Origin: Octopus vulgaris
Taxonomy: Eukaryota
Direction: 5' to 3'
Assembly: GCA_951406725.2 (NCBI GenBank)
Contig: OX597823.1
Span: 58,342,001 to 58,406,000, forward strand
Length of the DNA: 64,000 bases
Notes under the pieces: generated by a model
Told to the model about the DNA's origin: nothing
Databases searched by the model: none
The model's input: the letters and a program-made list of their open reading frames with translations, nothing else
Made by a program: the position numbers and the translations under genes
In this document: piece by piece, positions 26,450-37,885 of the stretch
Numbering within the stretch: the first letter of the stretch is position 1
How the letters are laid out: every line of letters starts with the position of its first letter

Positions 26450-26597
26450 AGCACTGATTTTGTTACGGCGTTTCCTAGCCGAGACGCCTGATATAAACAA
26501 CAATGAGATCGAAAATGAAATCAAAGATGAAATACGGGCAACAATGTTGTTTACATCAGGCGTCTTATATACGAAACGTCGTAACAAAATCAATGCT
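26450..26597. repeat. Foldback with ~55-bp inverted arms
   Basis: AGCACTGATTTTGTTACGGCGTTTC pairs with GAAACGTCGTAACAAAATCAATGCT; GACGCCTGATATAAACAACA pairs with TGTTGTTTACATCAGGCGTC. Confidence 0.8.
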
Positions 26598-26789
26598 GGC
26601 AATAATTTCAATAGAAAATATGGAGCGACAACGTTAACAAGCGCTGAGCATACATATGATTGCATGTGGGTTAGACTTTAAACCAAACGCATAATGATGT
26701 AAACGGTAGCGATAATAAGAGTATTAGTACGGAGCATATATGTGTGAATATATATGAATATATATGTGTGAGTGTGTGTGTGTGTGTGT

Positions 26790-26949
<160 letters not shown>

Positions 26950-26959
26950 ATCGCTTCAT

Positions 26960-27865
26960 ATAAGCTTACCAGACCTCCACAAAATTGCAGAAGAATTGGT
27001 ACTACCGGACGAGACGAGGTTGAGAATTGTGGTGGAAGGAAGACCGCCCGTGTGCTATCAATGTGGAGCAAGGGGACACATGAAAGCTAAGTGTCTCCAG
27101 AAACACGAAGAGGGGGAGATAGAGAAGGAACATCAAGAAGAAGAGGGTTTAATCGTAGAGAATGGAAGAACAGTGTCCAGTGGTAAAGAGGAAGAAAAGT
27201 AACACAAACTCACCACCAAAGAGTCCTAGGAAGAAAAGAAAGACAAGTAGAGAGGAAAACATGAAAAAAGGAACGAGCAGAGAAAAGAATGAAAGGTTAA
27301 CAAATGTGAGGAGCGAACGCAGAAACCGTTGCCATCATCCAGCAAGCTGGAGAGAGTACAAAAGAAGAAAAGGGAAAATGAAAGAGAGAATGATAGACAT
27401 ACAGAAATAGGAATACCAGTAACAGAAGAAGAGATTGGTGAAAGAAAACAGAGAGTGACACCAAAAGGGAAAAATCTGAGACATGATACAATACTCAAAA
27501 AAGGTAGAGATAGAACAAAGATTGCAAAGATGAAGAACGTAATTAGGATTAAATTGGCGCCCAAGGATGACAATGAATGTATGAAAACTGTCCTGCAGGA
27601 AAGAGAAAGAGGAGAAAATTTGAAGGAGCTGTTTGGGGAAAGGATAGATGTGACAGTGGTACAATTTCGTTACGATGAGCTGCCGCCGATGGTGGCATTC
27701 GAAGATATATTGGAATATATAGTGTAAATGGTGACTTTGTTTATTAAAAAAAAATGGAAAAAAAGGAAAACCAACAGATGCAAAACAGGATGTTGAACTG
27801 TTACGTAAAGCTTTATTTAAAAACAGTAAAATGAAACTACCTGCTTATGGGAGGCAGGTAAGCCA
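26960..27865 (+). mobile_element. 5'-truncated Gag/ORF1-like element (CCHC zinc knuckle), frameshifted
   Basis: LVLPDETRLRIVVEGRPPVCYQCGARGHMKAKC, K/E-rich linker, C-terminal segment to 27727, A-rich 3' region and hairpin 27838-27860; homologous to 60170-61860. Confidence 0.7.
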
Positions 27866-28056
27866 TTCCATCCTCATTTTTTCTTTGTATCCATAATTTC
27901 ATTCGATATGTGTTTTTACGTACCCCATTGTATTGTTTTGCCTGTTTTTGTGCCGTTCCATCTTTATAGATGCCTTCTGCTTAATAAAAGAAATCAGGAC
28001 GTTGGTGTTGCTCTCGGGGAATTTTGCACTCTCCGAGTATTGTTTTTATAATATTG

Positions 28057-28190
<134 letters not shown>

Positions 28191-28401
28191 GAGGCGGTGA
28201 GATGGCAGAATCATTAGCCCGCTAGGGGAAATGCTTAGCGTTACTTCGTCTGTCTTCACCTTCTGAATTCAAATTCCGCTGTGGTCGACTTTGCCTTTCA
28301 TCCTTTCGATGAAATAAGTTCTAGTTACGTACCTGGGACAATGTAATCAACTAGTCCCCGCCCCTAAAATTTCAGGCCTTGTTACTATGGTAGAAAGGAT
28401 T
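28191..28401 (+). mobile_element. SINE family B
   Basis: Head and core match family B. Confidence 0.85.
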
Positions 28402-28626
28402 ATTTTTATCCATTTTCTTCCTGATGTACATGTTCGGTCATCATTATTTTATTTATTTTATTCAAATTTAGAAAAACTGAAGCATGTTTCTGAAAGTTCC
28501 GGAGCGTATTGAACTTATTTCGTGCATGACTTCTGGCCCACCCTGTACTTTTGCTGTACACAAAATATTTTCACAATTTTTTAAATACAATTCCTAAAAA
28601 TACTTGGTTATAAAAATTCAATAGTC

Positions 28627-29015
28627 GTAGGAGTGGCTGTGTGGTAAGTAGCTTGCTTACCAACCACATGGTTCCGGGTTCAATCCCACTGCGTGGCACT
28701 TTGGGCAAGTGTCTTCTACTATAGCCTCCGGTCGACCAAAGCCTTGTGAGTGGATTTGGTAGACGGAAACTGAAAGAAGCCCGTCGTATATATGTATATA
28801 TATATATATGTATGTGTGTGTCTGTGTTTGTTCCCCAGCATCGCTTGACAACCGATGCTCGTGTGTTTACGTCCCCGTAACTTAGCGATTCGGCAAAAGA
28901 GACCGATAGAATAAGTACTAGGCTTACAAAGAATAAGTCCCGGGGTCGATTTGCTCGACTAAAGGCGGTGCTCCAGCATGGCTACAGTCAAATGACTGAA
29001 ACAAGTAAAAGAGTA
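28627..29015 (+). mobile_element. SINE family A
   Basis: Full-length copy. Confidence 0.92.
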
Positions 29016-29371
29016 AGGATTTTTTACCATCGAATGGCTATGAGGGTCCACCTGAGTAAATTAGGAACCTAAGGGGTCTATGTGGAAACGCTGGTTGAGA
29101 ACCACAGCTTTACATTATCGTTTCCTTTAGGGGCGGGTAGCAAAGATGACTTCAGTGACATTTGAAGTCAGAACATAAAGTAGCTGAAGACATTTTGTTC
29201 ATTGAATTAAAGAGTCTGTCTATATACAATCTTTATATGTCACTTTGTGGGGATTTCGTACTTTCAAATTGTAACAGTCTGAAGTTAGTAAGTTTGAAAG
29301 TGGAAGTTAACAGTCCGATTCATATTTTTTTCTTGCTTTCTTTGGTCGTGTAGTAAAGCATATGCTATGAT

Positions 29372-29782
29372 ATTCTCTTTTACTTTTTTACGTGTTTCAG
29401 TCATTTGACTGTGGCCATGCTAGAGCACCGCCTTTAGTCGAGCAAATCGACCCCAGGACTTATTCTTTTTAAGGCTGGTACTTATTCTATCGGTCTCTTT
29501 TGCCGAACCGCTAAGTAAACACACCAACAACGGTTGTCAAGCGATGTTGGGGAGGATAAACACAGACACAAACATACACACACACATATATATATATATA
29601 TACATATATACATATGTACGACAGGCTTCTTTCAGTTTCCGTCTACATAATCCATTTACAAGGCTTTGGTCGGCCCGAGGCTATAGTAGAAGACACTTGC
29701 TCAAGATGCCACGCAGTGGGACTGAACCCTGAACCATGTGGTTGGTAAGCAAGCTACTTACCATACAGCCACTCCTACGCCT
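29372..29782 (-). mobile_element. SINE family A
   Basis: Full-length reverse copy. Confidence 0.92.
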
Positions 29783-29861
29783 AGTACAATTTATGATATA
29801 TGTGACAGGTTTGGTATTCGGTCGGCCTTTAGTATTCGTTGTTAAGGGTTATCGCTTAGAG

Positions 29862-30173
29862 CAGCTATGGGCAAATTGCGGCCAGCGAGACTTTCTGAAT
29901 GGCACGCCAAAGGAAAATTTACCTGGAATTTTTTTAATAGTGTGGCCCAAGAAACTTTCTGAATAGCACACCTTACGAAAACTTACCTGGAATTGTTTTG
30001 CTAGTGTGGCACGCGAGATTTTCTGAATGGCATGCCTTACGAAAATGTACTTTCAATTTTTTAGTAGTGAGGCCCGCGCGACTTTCTGAATTTCTAGATA
30101 GCGTTCTGATAGGGTTCTGATGATGAACCCTATCTTTTGATACTCGCATCTCCATACAGGTTGCCCATGGCTG
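29862..30173. mobile_element. hAT-type MITE with internal ~60-bp tandem repeats
   Basis: TIR CAGCTATGGGCAA / TTGCCCATGGCTG; repeated ACTTTCTGAATGGCA..GAAAA unit; flanks gcttagag / gtttaaaa resemble a decayed 8-bp TSD. Confidence 0.7.
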
Positions 30174-30688
30174 GTTTAAAATTAAGATTTAGGATTATAA
30201 GATAGAGTTTACGCTAGGAGGTCACAGCTTTATAATTAGAGGTAAGCTTTAGAGGTTACTGTAAGTGCTCAGATTTAGATTACGGGATTAAAGATTGGAA
30301 TGACTACGACAGGAAAGCGGCAGTTTCATCAAAATTCCTTTGCGCATGCGCATAAGAAAATAAAGAAAGAAAACTACGAAATGATTCGGAGTTACTGCAA
30401 TTTGCTTTTAAAATGTTCTGTTTCGGATCCTGAGAGTACGGGGTACTCACGTTTATTCCGTCTCTCGATTAATTCTGCCAACAGCTAACCGTAGTTTATA
30501 TTGCCTTTTCTGTTCCTCCGAGGCTGATAACTTCAGTCTCGCACATGTACTCTTGCTGATTTCATCGACTATACGCAACCTCTTACAGGTTGTGGCCATA
30601 TGCCAATGTAAGGAATCATTATTTCAAAATTTATAACCGAAAACGGCAAGAGGCTAATTAGAATACGCACAGTCACCTAACACGTATG

Positions 30689-30744
<56 letters not shown>

Positions 30745-31078
30745 TGTGTGCTGTATGTGTGTGTTTGTGCATGCGTATTTATGTATATTTGCATGTGTTT
30801 GTGTGTGTATCTGTGTATATGTATGTATGTATATGCATGTATACGGTCATGTTTCGATATAGACACACATATATACATATGTTTATATTTTATACGCATT
30901 CTTACACATATGCATACACATCATATACGTGTAACCGTATAGATATCTATGTGCGTATGCGTAAGAATGTATGCTTGCACCCACACACTCACACACACAC
31001 ACACACACACAAACAAACTCTCACACACATATATACACACACACATGTACATGTATACATATATCTAAGGATATATAC

Positions 31079-31129
<51 letters not shown>

Positions 31130-31175
31130 AGTGTGCGTGTGTGTGTGTGTGCGTATATATATATTCATACATATG

Positions 31176-31248
<73 letters not shown>

Positions 31249-32513
31249 GCTCACATATCATTGCATCCATATGTCTACATGGACACCCATACCGTTGTAA
31301 CTAGCACAGACATATGTGCATATATCAGTGTGCGTGAGCTTGTGTATACACACACACATTAACATACAAATATACACACGTATATGTATATATGCATATG
31401 TATACTTTCATATACATTATGTATATATATATATATATACATATAAATGTATGTAAAATTAAGTATGTATACATATGTATATGTACACACATTCACACAC
31501 ATACGTACACACATTTATACACCCACACACATACACGCACACACACGCGCGCGCATGCTTACACACACACACACAATGAAAGGAAAAAGATGTCCCACGT
31601 TAAAAAAAAAGAGATGACAGAAAAATTACTAGTTGCCGTGAAATATGAGATCTTGTTTGAGCTGGTCAGTCACCATGAAATTGTGCTTAATCATTAGTCT
31701 TATCATTAAAGATGGTCAGCTTTGCTAGAATTAGCCGTGTGTTATATGGAATTACGGTTAAAGTCGGCTATAACTTATTGTCTGAGACGGTTGCTGTATT
31801 TAGTTGTGCAGGAATTATCATTAAAGAAAACGATATCCTAACGATATTCTAACGATGGCCTAACGATATCCTTTACAGACGGTCAGAGTCAGAATTAGAC
31901 ACTATGGATATCACATGATATGTATATACATACATATGTGTGTGTTTCTGTGTTTATACATGCATGCATATATATATACACACACAAACACATATATATG
32001 TATATGTATATACATACATACATATATAAACATATATATACAATTGAAAAATAGGATATAATATATATATATATATAATGTGTGTGTGTGTGTGTGTGTG
32101 TGTATTAAATGTGTGTATGGGTGTACGTGTGAGTATGTATGCACGTGTTTAGAAATTGTCAGTGAACATACGATATCTTAATAATATCCTTTATTGATGG
32201 TTAGATATTAAAGAATATCAGATGATATGGTTATATGCAATATAATATAATACACGTGTTATTTTTGTTCGTTTTTATTTGTTTATTGACTTTACATACA
32301 GAATTAAGTGTTGACCTCTCATGGCTTATATATGCCAAAGCGTAAACAAATAATTGTGATAACGAATACTCGGAGTAGCAGGCGACTGAATAGCACTGAA
32401 AGTATACTCAATATACAAATACATGAATATTAACACTATATGCTAGCCTAAGCGTGTAAGTGTTACATCTATGCGCAATTATATGCGTGTATATGTATCG
32501 AAATATAATATAT

Positions 32514-32940
32514 AGGCGCAGGAGTGGCTATGTGGTAAGTAGCTTGCTTACCAAGCACACGGTTCCGGGTTCAGTCCCACTGCGTGGCACCTTGAGCAAG
32601 TGTCTTCTACTGTAGCCTCGGGCTGACCAAAGCCTTGTGAGTGGATTTGGTAGACGGAAACTGAAAGAAGCCCGTCGTATATATATATATATGTATATAT
32701 ATGTGTGTGTGTTTGTGTGTCTGTGTTTGTCCCCCACCCCCAAACATCGCTTGACAACCGATGCTGGTGGGTTTACGTCCCCGTCACTTAGCGGTTCGGC
32801 AAAAGAGACCGATAGAATAAGTACTAGGCTTACAAAGAATAAGTCCTGGGGTCGATTTGCTCGACTAAAAAAGGCGGTGCTCCAGTATGGCCGCAGTCAA
32901 ATGACTGAAACACGTAAAAGAGTAAAAGAGTAAAAGAGTA
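32514..32940 (+). mobile_element. SINE family A
   Basis: Full-length copy with (AAAAGAGT)3 tail. Confidence 0.92.
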
Positions 32941-32962
32941 ATATATATATATACATATCTAT

Positions 32963-33038
32963 AAGAGGGATAACCATTAAGTGGGCATCCAATATACTAG
33001 ATGCATATTGGCTGTCCTCTTAGCGGTCATCCCTCTTA
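32963..33038. repeat. Short imperfect hairpin / MITE relic
   Basis: TAAGAGGGATAACCATTAAG pairs with CTTAGCGGTCATCCCTCTTA. Confidence 0.6.
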
Positions 33039-33191
33039 CATGTATGTAATATAATTTTTATGAATCTTCAGATTTTTCAATATGCTAGGCCGCTGGTTTA
33101 CATTGATATTAATCAAATTAATATTCAATTTTTTACCCTTATTGCTTAAATTTATGTATATATTGTATGTATACATACACATACACACAGC

Positions 33192-33260
<69 letters not shown>

Positions 33261-33302
33261 CAATATACATATATATATACATATATATATATATAGAGAG
33301 AG

Positions 33303-33531
33303 AGAGATTGCAAAAGTGGTAAAGGGTACTGACTAACATCGCTTCTGCTAAAAACAACTCAACAGCCACAAATAACTGTCTTAATGACTGACAAGGAGAC
33401 TATATGCGGTGGGCATTTACCTCCCTTTGTCAGCCATTAAGACAGTGCTTTTGTGGGTTTTGGACTGCTTTAACTCTTATTTTTAGCAAAGGTGGTGCTA
33501 GACAGTATTCTCTGTCACTTTTGTGACCTCT
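33303..33531. mobile_element. Decayed foldback MITE
   Basis: Outer arms GAGATTGCAAAAGTG..TGCTAAAAA / TTTTTAGCA..CACTTTTGTGACCTC; inner arms ACTGTCTTAATGACTGACAA / TTGTCAGCCATTAAGACAGT. Confidence 0.7.
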
Positions 33532-33582
33532 ATGAACTTTGCCTTTAGGTTCAAATTGCTAATAAGCCACCCTTTTTAATTT

Positions 33583-33628
<46 letters not shown>

Positions 33629-33630
<2 letters not shown>

Positions 33631-34473
33631 CAGGGGGAGATGGGTAAATTGTCACCATTTTATATTTTTGATTTTGTGTATGTACATTTCTGTTTTGATT
33701 TTGTCGACTACACAGTATAGTAGGGTCAATTGGGCACTGTCTGTGAGCAAAACAGCACCATGACACCATTCACTCTGCCAGAAATTTGGAAACTACATGC
33801 TGTGCTGCTTGGCATTCCCGCCGGTAGCCTCAGTACGAACACACAGAACAACTGTTGGCTTGCCTTATCCTCAAAACATGTACCGAGAGTGATAAAAATC
33901 AAACATCCACTCAACATCATGGTGTTTGGAGTGATCACTAGTGATGGCGATGCTATGCTTCTATTCATTTTCCCCACACAGACTCACACTCGACACGTAG
34001 GCCTACATCAAATACCTGGAGGAGGTAGTGCTGCCCTGAGTCAAGAGGGTGGCTGCTGTAAGACCCTATGTCTAGCAACAAGACTCAGCACCATGACACA
34101 CAAGCAGGAGAACCGTCATGGCTGTCAGACAATTTCTGCGATCACATCACCCCTAACATCAGGCCATCTAACTCCCCAGACTGCAACCTCCTTGATTGAG
34201 CGAGAGACCAACAAAACACTTTGTAACACCAAAGATGAACTGAAGGCAAGGATTATTGCAGCATTCACCAACTTAAACAAGGAGAGCATCCAGAAGAGTT
34301 GCAGGCGATTCTGAAGTTGTCTGGAGGCCAATGGCGATTTTATTGAATAAATTTACTCTTCAGTATTTCAAAATATTTTTATGTAGTTTTGGTAAGTATG
34401 TGTTAAAATAAGATGTCAGTGTTATTTTCCTTTTTGAGTAATTTAGACGACAGTTTATTCACCGCATCCTGTA
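33629..34473 (+). mobile_element. Internally deleted Tc1/mariner-superfamily transposon
   Basis: TIRs TACAGGGGGAGATGGGTAAATTGTC / GACAGTTTATTCACCGCATCCTGTA in TA tracts; transposase remnants IMVFGVITSDG, QQDSAP*H, PSNSPDCN. Confidence 0.85.
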
Positions 34474-34595
34474 TATATATATATATATATAAGTGTGTTT
34501 GTGTGTGTGTGTGTGTATGTATATATATGTGAAGGGTGAGGGTGAGAGTATATGAGTATATTTTTATCCATAAACAAGAATATTACTGATTGTGA

Positions 34596-34651
34596 CTTCG
34601 ACGTTTCGATCAGCTAAGCCGTCGTTGGCTTAGCTGACCGAAATTTCGAAG
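34596..34651. repeat. 56-bp near-perfect palindrome
   Basis: CTTCGACGTTTCGATCAGCTAAGCC / GGCTTAGCTGACCGAAATTTCGAAG. Confidence 0.8.
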
Positions 34652-34961
34652 ATGCTGCCACTGGGCTAGTGCCAAAATTTGAAACCGTCATCATCATTAT
34701 CATCGTCATTATAGCAATTATGAAACTGTTTTACAAGTAGCATAAATCATTCACTCGTTACATATAAACATTTGACTCGCCTTATAGCTTATTAGTTATT
34801 ATTTACTAAATACAAAGCAGTGGGCTGGTCGAATTGTTAGCACGTCGTGAAAAATGCTTAGCGTAACTTCGCCTGTCTTTACATTCTGAGTTCAAATTCC
34901 GCCGACGTCCACGTTGACTTTCATCGATAAATTAAGCACAGGAGTCAGTGTAACTGATTAG

Positions 34962-35164
34962 ATCCCTCTCCCAAAATTTCAGAAAGGATTATTTGGTAAA
35001 TGCGCATATAACATCTTTTCATCAAAATTAATAAAGTGAAAACAGAAACCAAAAGTTCATCGAACAATGTGATTATAATTCTAAGAAAGGTAGTGGGTGC
35101 TAGGTCTATCGAATGTGACTCCTCAGTTGAATTTCTGGTGTAATTCATTGTTGATCACCAGAGG
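34962..35164 (+). repeat. Left arm of ~200-bp inverted repeat
   Basis: Reverse complement of 37294-37517; begins in the tail of a family-B SINE (34822-34990). Confidence 0.85.
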
Positions 35165-36130
35165 CATGAAACTCTGTCGATATTGGAAAGAGGCCGCAAA
35201 ATATCGTAAAACGTTAAGTTTGGGTACATTGCTGTATTTGATGTCTTTCCATAAATGGAAAAGCCTGGTGCCCTTACCATTTCTAGAAATCTTTAGCAAC
35301 AAGCATCGTTACCATCTTCATTGTTGTTGTCACCGTCCTCAGCATCGTCGTCATCATCATCATCATCATCATCATTATCGTCGTCGTCGTTGTCGTCGTC
35401 GTTGTCGTCGTCGTCGTCGTCATTATCATCATTAACATAATCATCAACATCATCACCATCGTCATCATATCATCGTCGTCGTCGTTATCATCATCATCAT
35501 TATCATCATCGTCCTTACCACCACCACCACTACCACCACCAGCACACTCTTCATCATTATCGTCAGCAGCAGAATCATCATCATCATCGTTATCATCATC
35601 ACCAATATTGCCACCATCAACGGCATCGTCATCGTCGTCTACAATGGCATCAATTTATATCCACTTACCCTGCTGGCATGGGTTAGATGCGTCGTCACAG
35701 CGGCCTGTGTCAGTTGTTTGTCAGTGTAACAGTTCTCTTCTCAGAGAGGTCGGATGACCATATTTCGCTCGTAGTTTCCATTTTCGGCATTTTTTCTTTC
35801 TTGCGACTGGATGCCTATATTTTGTAGTTCGAGCGACCTCGTGGAGCCACTTTCGTTAGATTGTTATTGCAATTTTTGTTCTTGTTTCTGTTGCTTATAC
35901 TATGTTGTTATTCGTTTTGCTGCGAATTTGACCGAATCGTTAAAATATTGAAGAGAATACCACCGATATTTGTTCCAGTTTTCTATGCTCCAAGTTCAGA
36001 TCTCCTCAAGATCAACTTTGTTTTTTCCTTTCCAGCTTTAAGAAATGAATGAGTATGCTGCACATGAGAAGAGCTGTTATTTGTTTTCGATTCTGTAGTG
36101 TGTGCGCGATTTGAATATAGAGGTACCTAC

Positions 36131-36300
36131 CTTCTCTTCTTAGTGACGGAGACCCTCCAGTGGTGACTAGTCCTTCCACACAGCCCCGACCCGAACACTA
36201 ACGATAGCAGCTGCTAGCCCAAACCCTTAGCGACGTCCTCACACGTCTTGTCACCTGCACGACCCACGTTGGAAGGGCGCAATTCCTCGCTCCCTGCGCA
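36131..36300 (-). other. Putative non-coding first exon of a minus-strand transcript
   Basis: GC-rich unique sequence ending in AAG|GTAGGT donor (GT at 36130-36129), directly downstream of the motif cluster; no ATG. TSS position uncertain. Confidence 0.45.
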
Positions 36301-37020
36301 CGCCTGACGGCTGACCCCTTCCGGTTGCCCCAGCTTCCGGTCAACGCACCCGGCTGCTGACGTCCAGCTGCTGACGTCATCCCACAGATTCGTCATCTGT
36401 TTATAGCTAATTGCTTGTACTGAACGTGACGGTCCAAAGAAATAAAACAGAACAATATCAGAAAGTACCGTCCGTAAGGGTGATTTAGTTGGACAACTTC
36501 TATAATTTGTGAATAGATGAAAAAGAGAGGGAGGGGAGGAGGAAGAGAGAGAGACAGAGAGACAGAGAGACAGTAGGTAAATGAATATGAGTTTCGTTGC
36601 CATAATTTAGCTTTACTCTAGTAGAAGCCACGTCAATGCATGTTGCGGATTCTTCATATTCAGCGAGTTTTGTTTTCCGTACTAGATGATAGCGAATAGC
36701 GCGGTTAATGTGAATGTATAACAGCTTTCTGCTTTCTATTCTCTCGCGTTTTTCAGTTGTCATTTACTCTCTGTTGTCTGCGTGTCTGTCTATCTGTCGA
36801 TCGCTTCTGTTTATTTTCTTTCCTACACTGTCTGCCTCTCTCTCTCTCTCTCTCAATCAGTCTCTCTCTGTTTCTCTCCCCCCCTCTCTCTAAGTCTAGT
36901 CTCGTTTAATACGCCGCAGAACAAATCTGACTGGACAGATTTGTAGTGACGTCAGCACTCAAAAATCCTGGGAATATTTACATAGAAATTTATTGGCCAG
37001 ATTTTGCTGACGTCATCACC
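36290..37020 (-). promoter_or_regulatory. CpG-rich promoter-like region with CRE cluster
   Basis: TGACGTCA at 36372, 36947 and 37008; TGACG half-sites at 36305, 36358, 36391 and 36427; CCGGAAG (ETS) at 36318 and 36334 on minus; minus TATAAA 36405-36400; CCAAT at 36996-36992. Confidence 0.6.
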
Positions 37021-37293
37021 GAACCTGCTTTAACTTTATTATTTACAAAGAATTTCCTCTAATGAAAACAAAAGAACTGCATAATAACGCTTTACCAACA
37101 GCAACAGTATTAACCACTGCTGCAGTAAACATTACAATCCGGAATTCGAATCAGAGTATAGACATTCTGCGCATTCTTTCTCTGCCGATGTCATAGGTAT
37201 CAAACCGCATAAGATAATTAGTCATCAGGATGTTTGCTGAATAGAGAGGGTAGCCTTGAATGCATGGGCAAACCATAAGACTTCAACAAGAAA

Positions 37294-37517
37294 CCTCTGG
37301 TGATCAACAATGAAATACACCAGAAATTCGACTGAGTAGTCACATTCGATAGAACCTAGCACACTCACTACCTTTCTTAGAATTATAATCACATTGTTCG
37401 ATGCACTTTTGGTTTCTGTTCTCGCTTTATCAATTTTGATGAAAACATGTCATATGCGTATTTACCCAATAATCCTTTCTACTGAAGGTACAAGGCCTGA
37501 GATTTTGGGAGAGGGAT
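37294..37517 (-). repeat. Right arm of ~200-bp inverted repeat
   Basis: Reverse complement of 34962-35164. Confidence 0.85.
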
Positions 37518-37837
37518 GTAAGAGAAACTTTCCAAGTACTGAGATCCATGGATAACTACACCTGAAAGAGGTCATAGAATACTGATAGTATTGATATTAT
37601 CGTTACTGAGATTGCAACTACTTTTAATCTTTTGGCAGTTGTTGATATTGTTATAGCAGTTTCTGTTTGCAACGTTGCTATTATTAACGTTGTTTGTGTT
37701 TGCTATTGCTAGTATTGTTTTCCGCCACAGCTACCCCTGCTTATTTTTTTTTTATATTTGTTTTATAGCTGCTTCCTTTTTCTGTATGCCATGCTATGTT
37801 GCCATGCTACTGACTCTATCTTTGCCATCATCGTTGC

Positions 37838-37882
<45 letters not shown>

Positions 37883-37885
<3 letters not shown>

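Noticed and set aside
26460-26681. 73-aa ORF
   Set aside because: Lies on a foldback repeat; no protein features.
36198-36763. ORFs across the promoter region
   Set aside because: Run through GA microsatellite and TF motifs; no recognisable domain.
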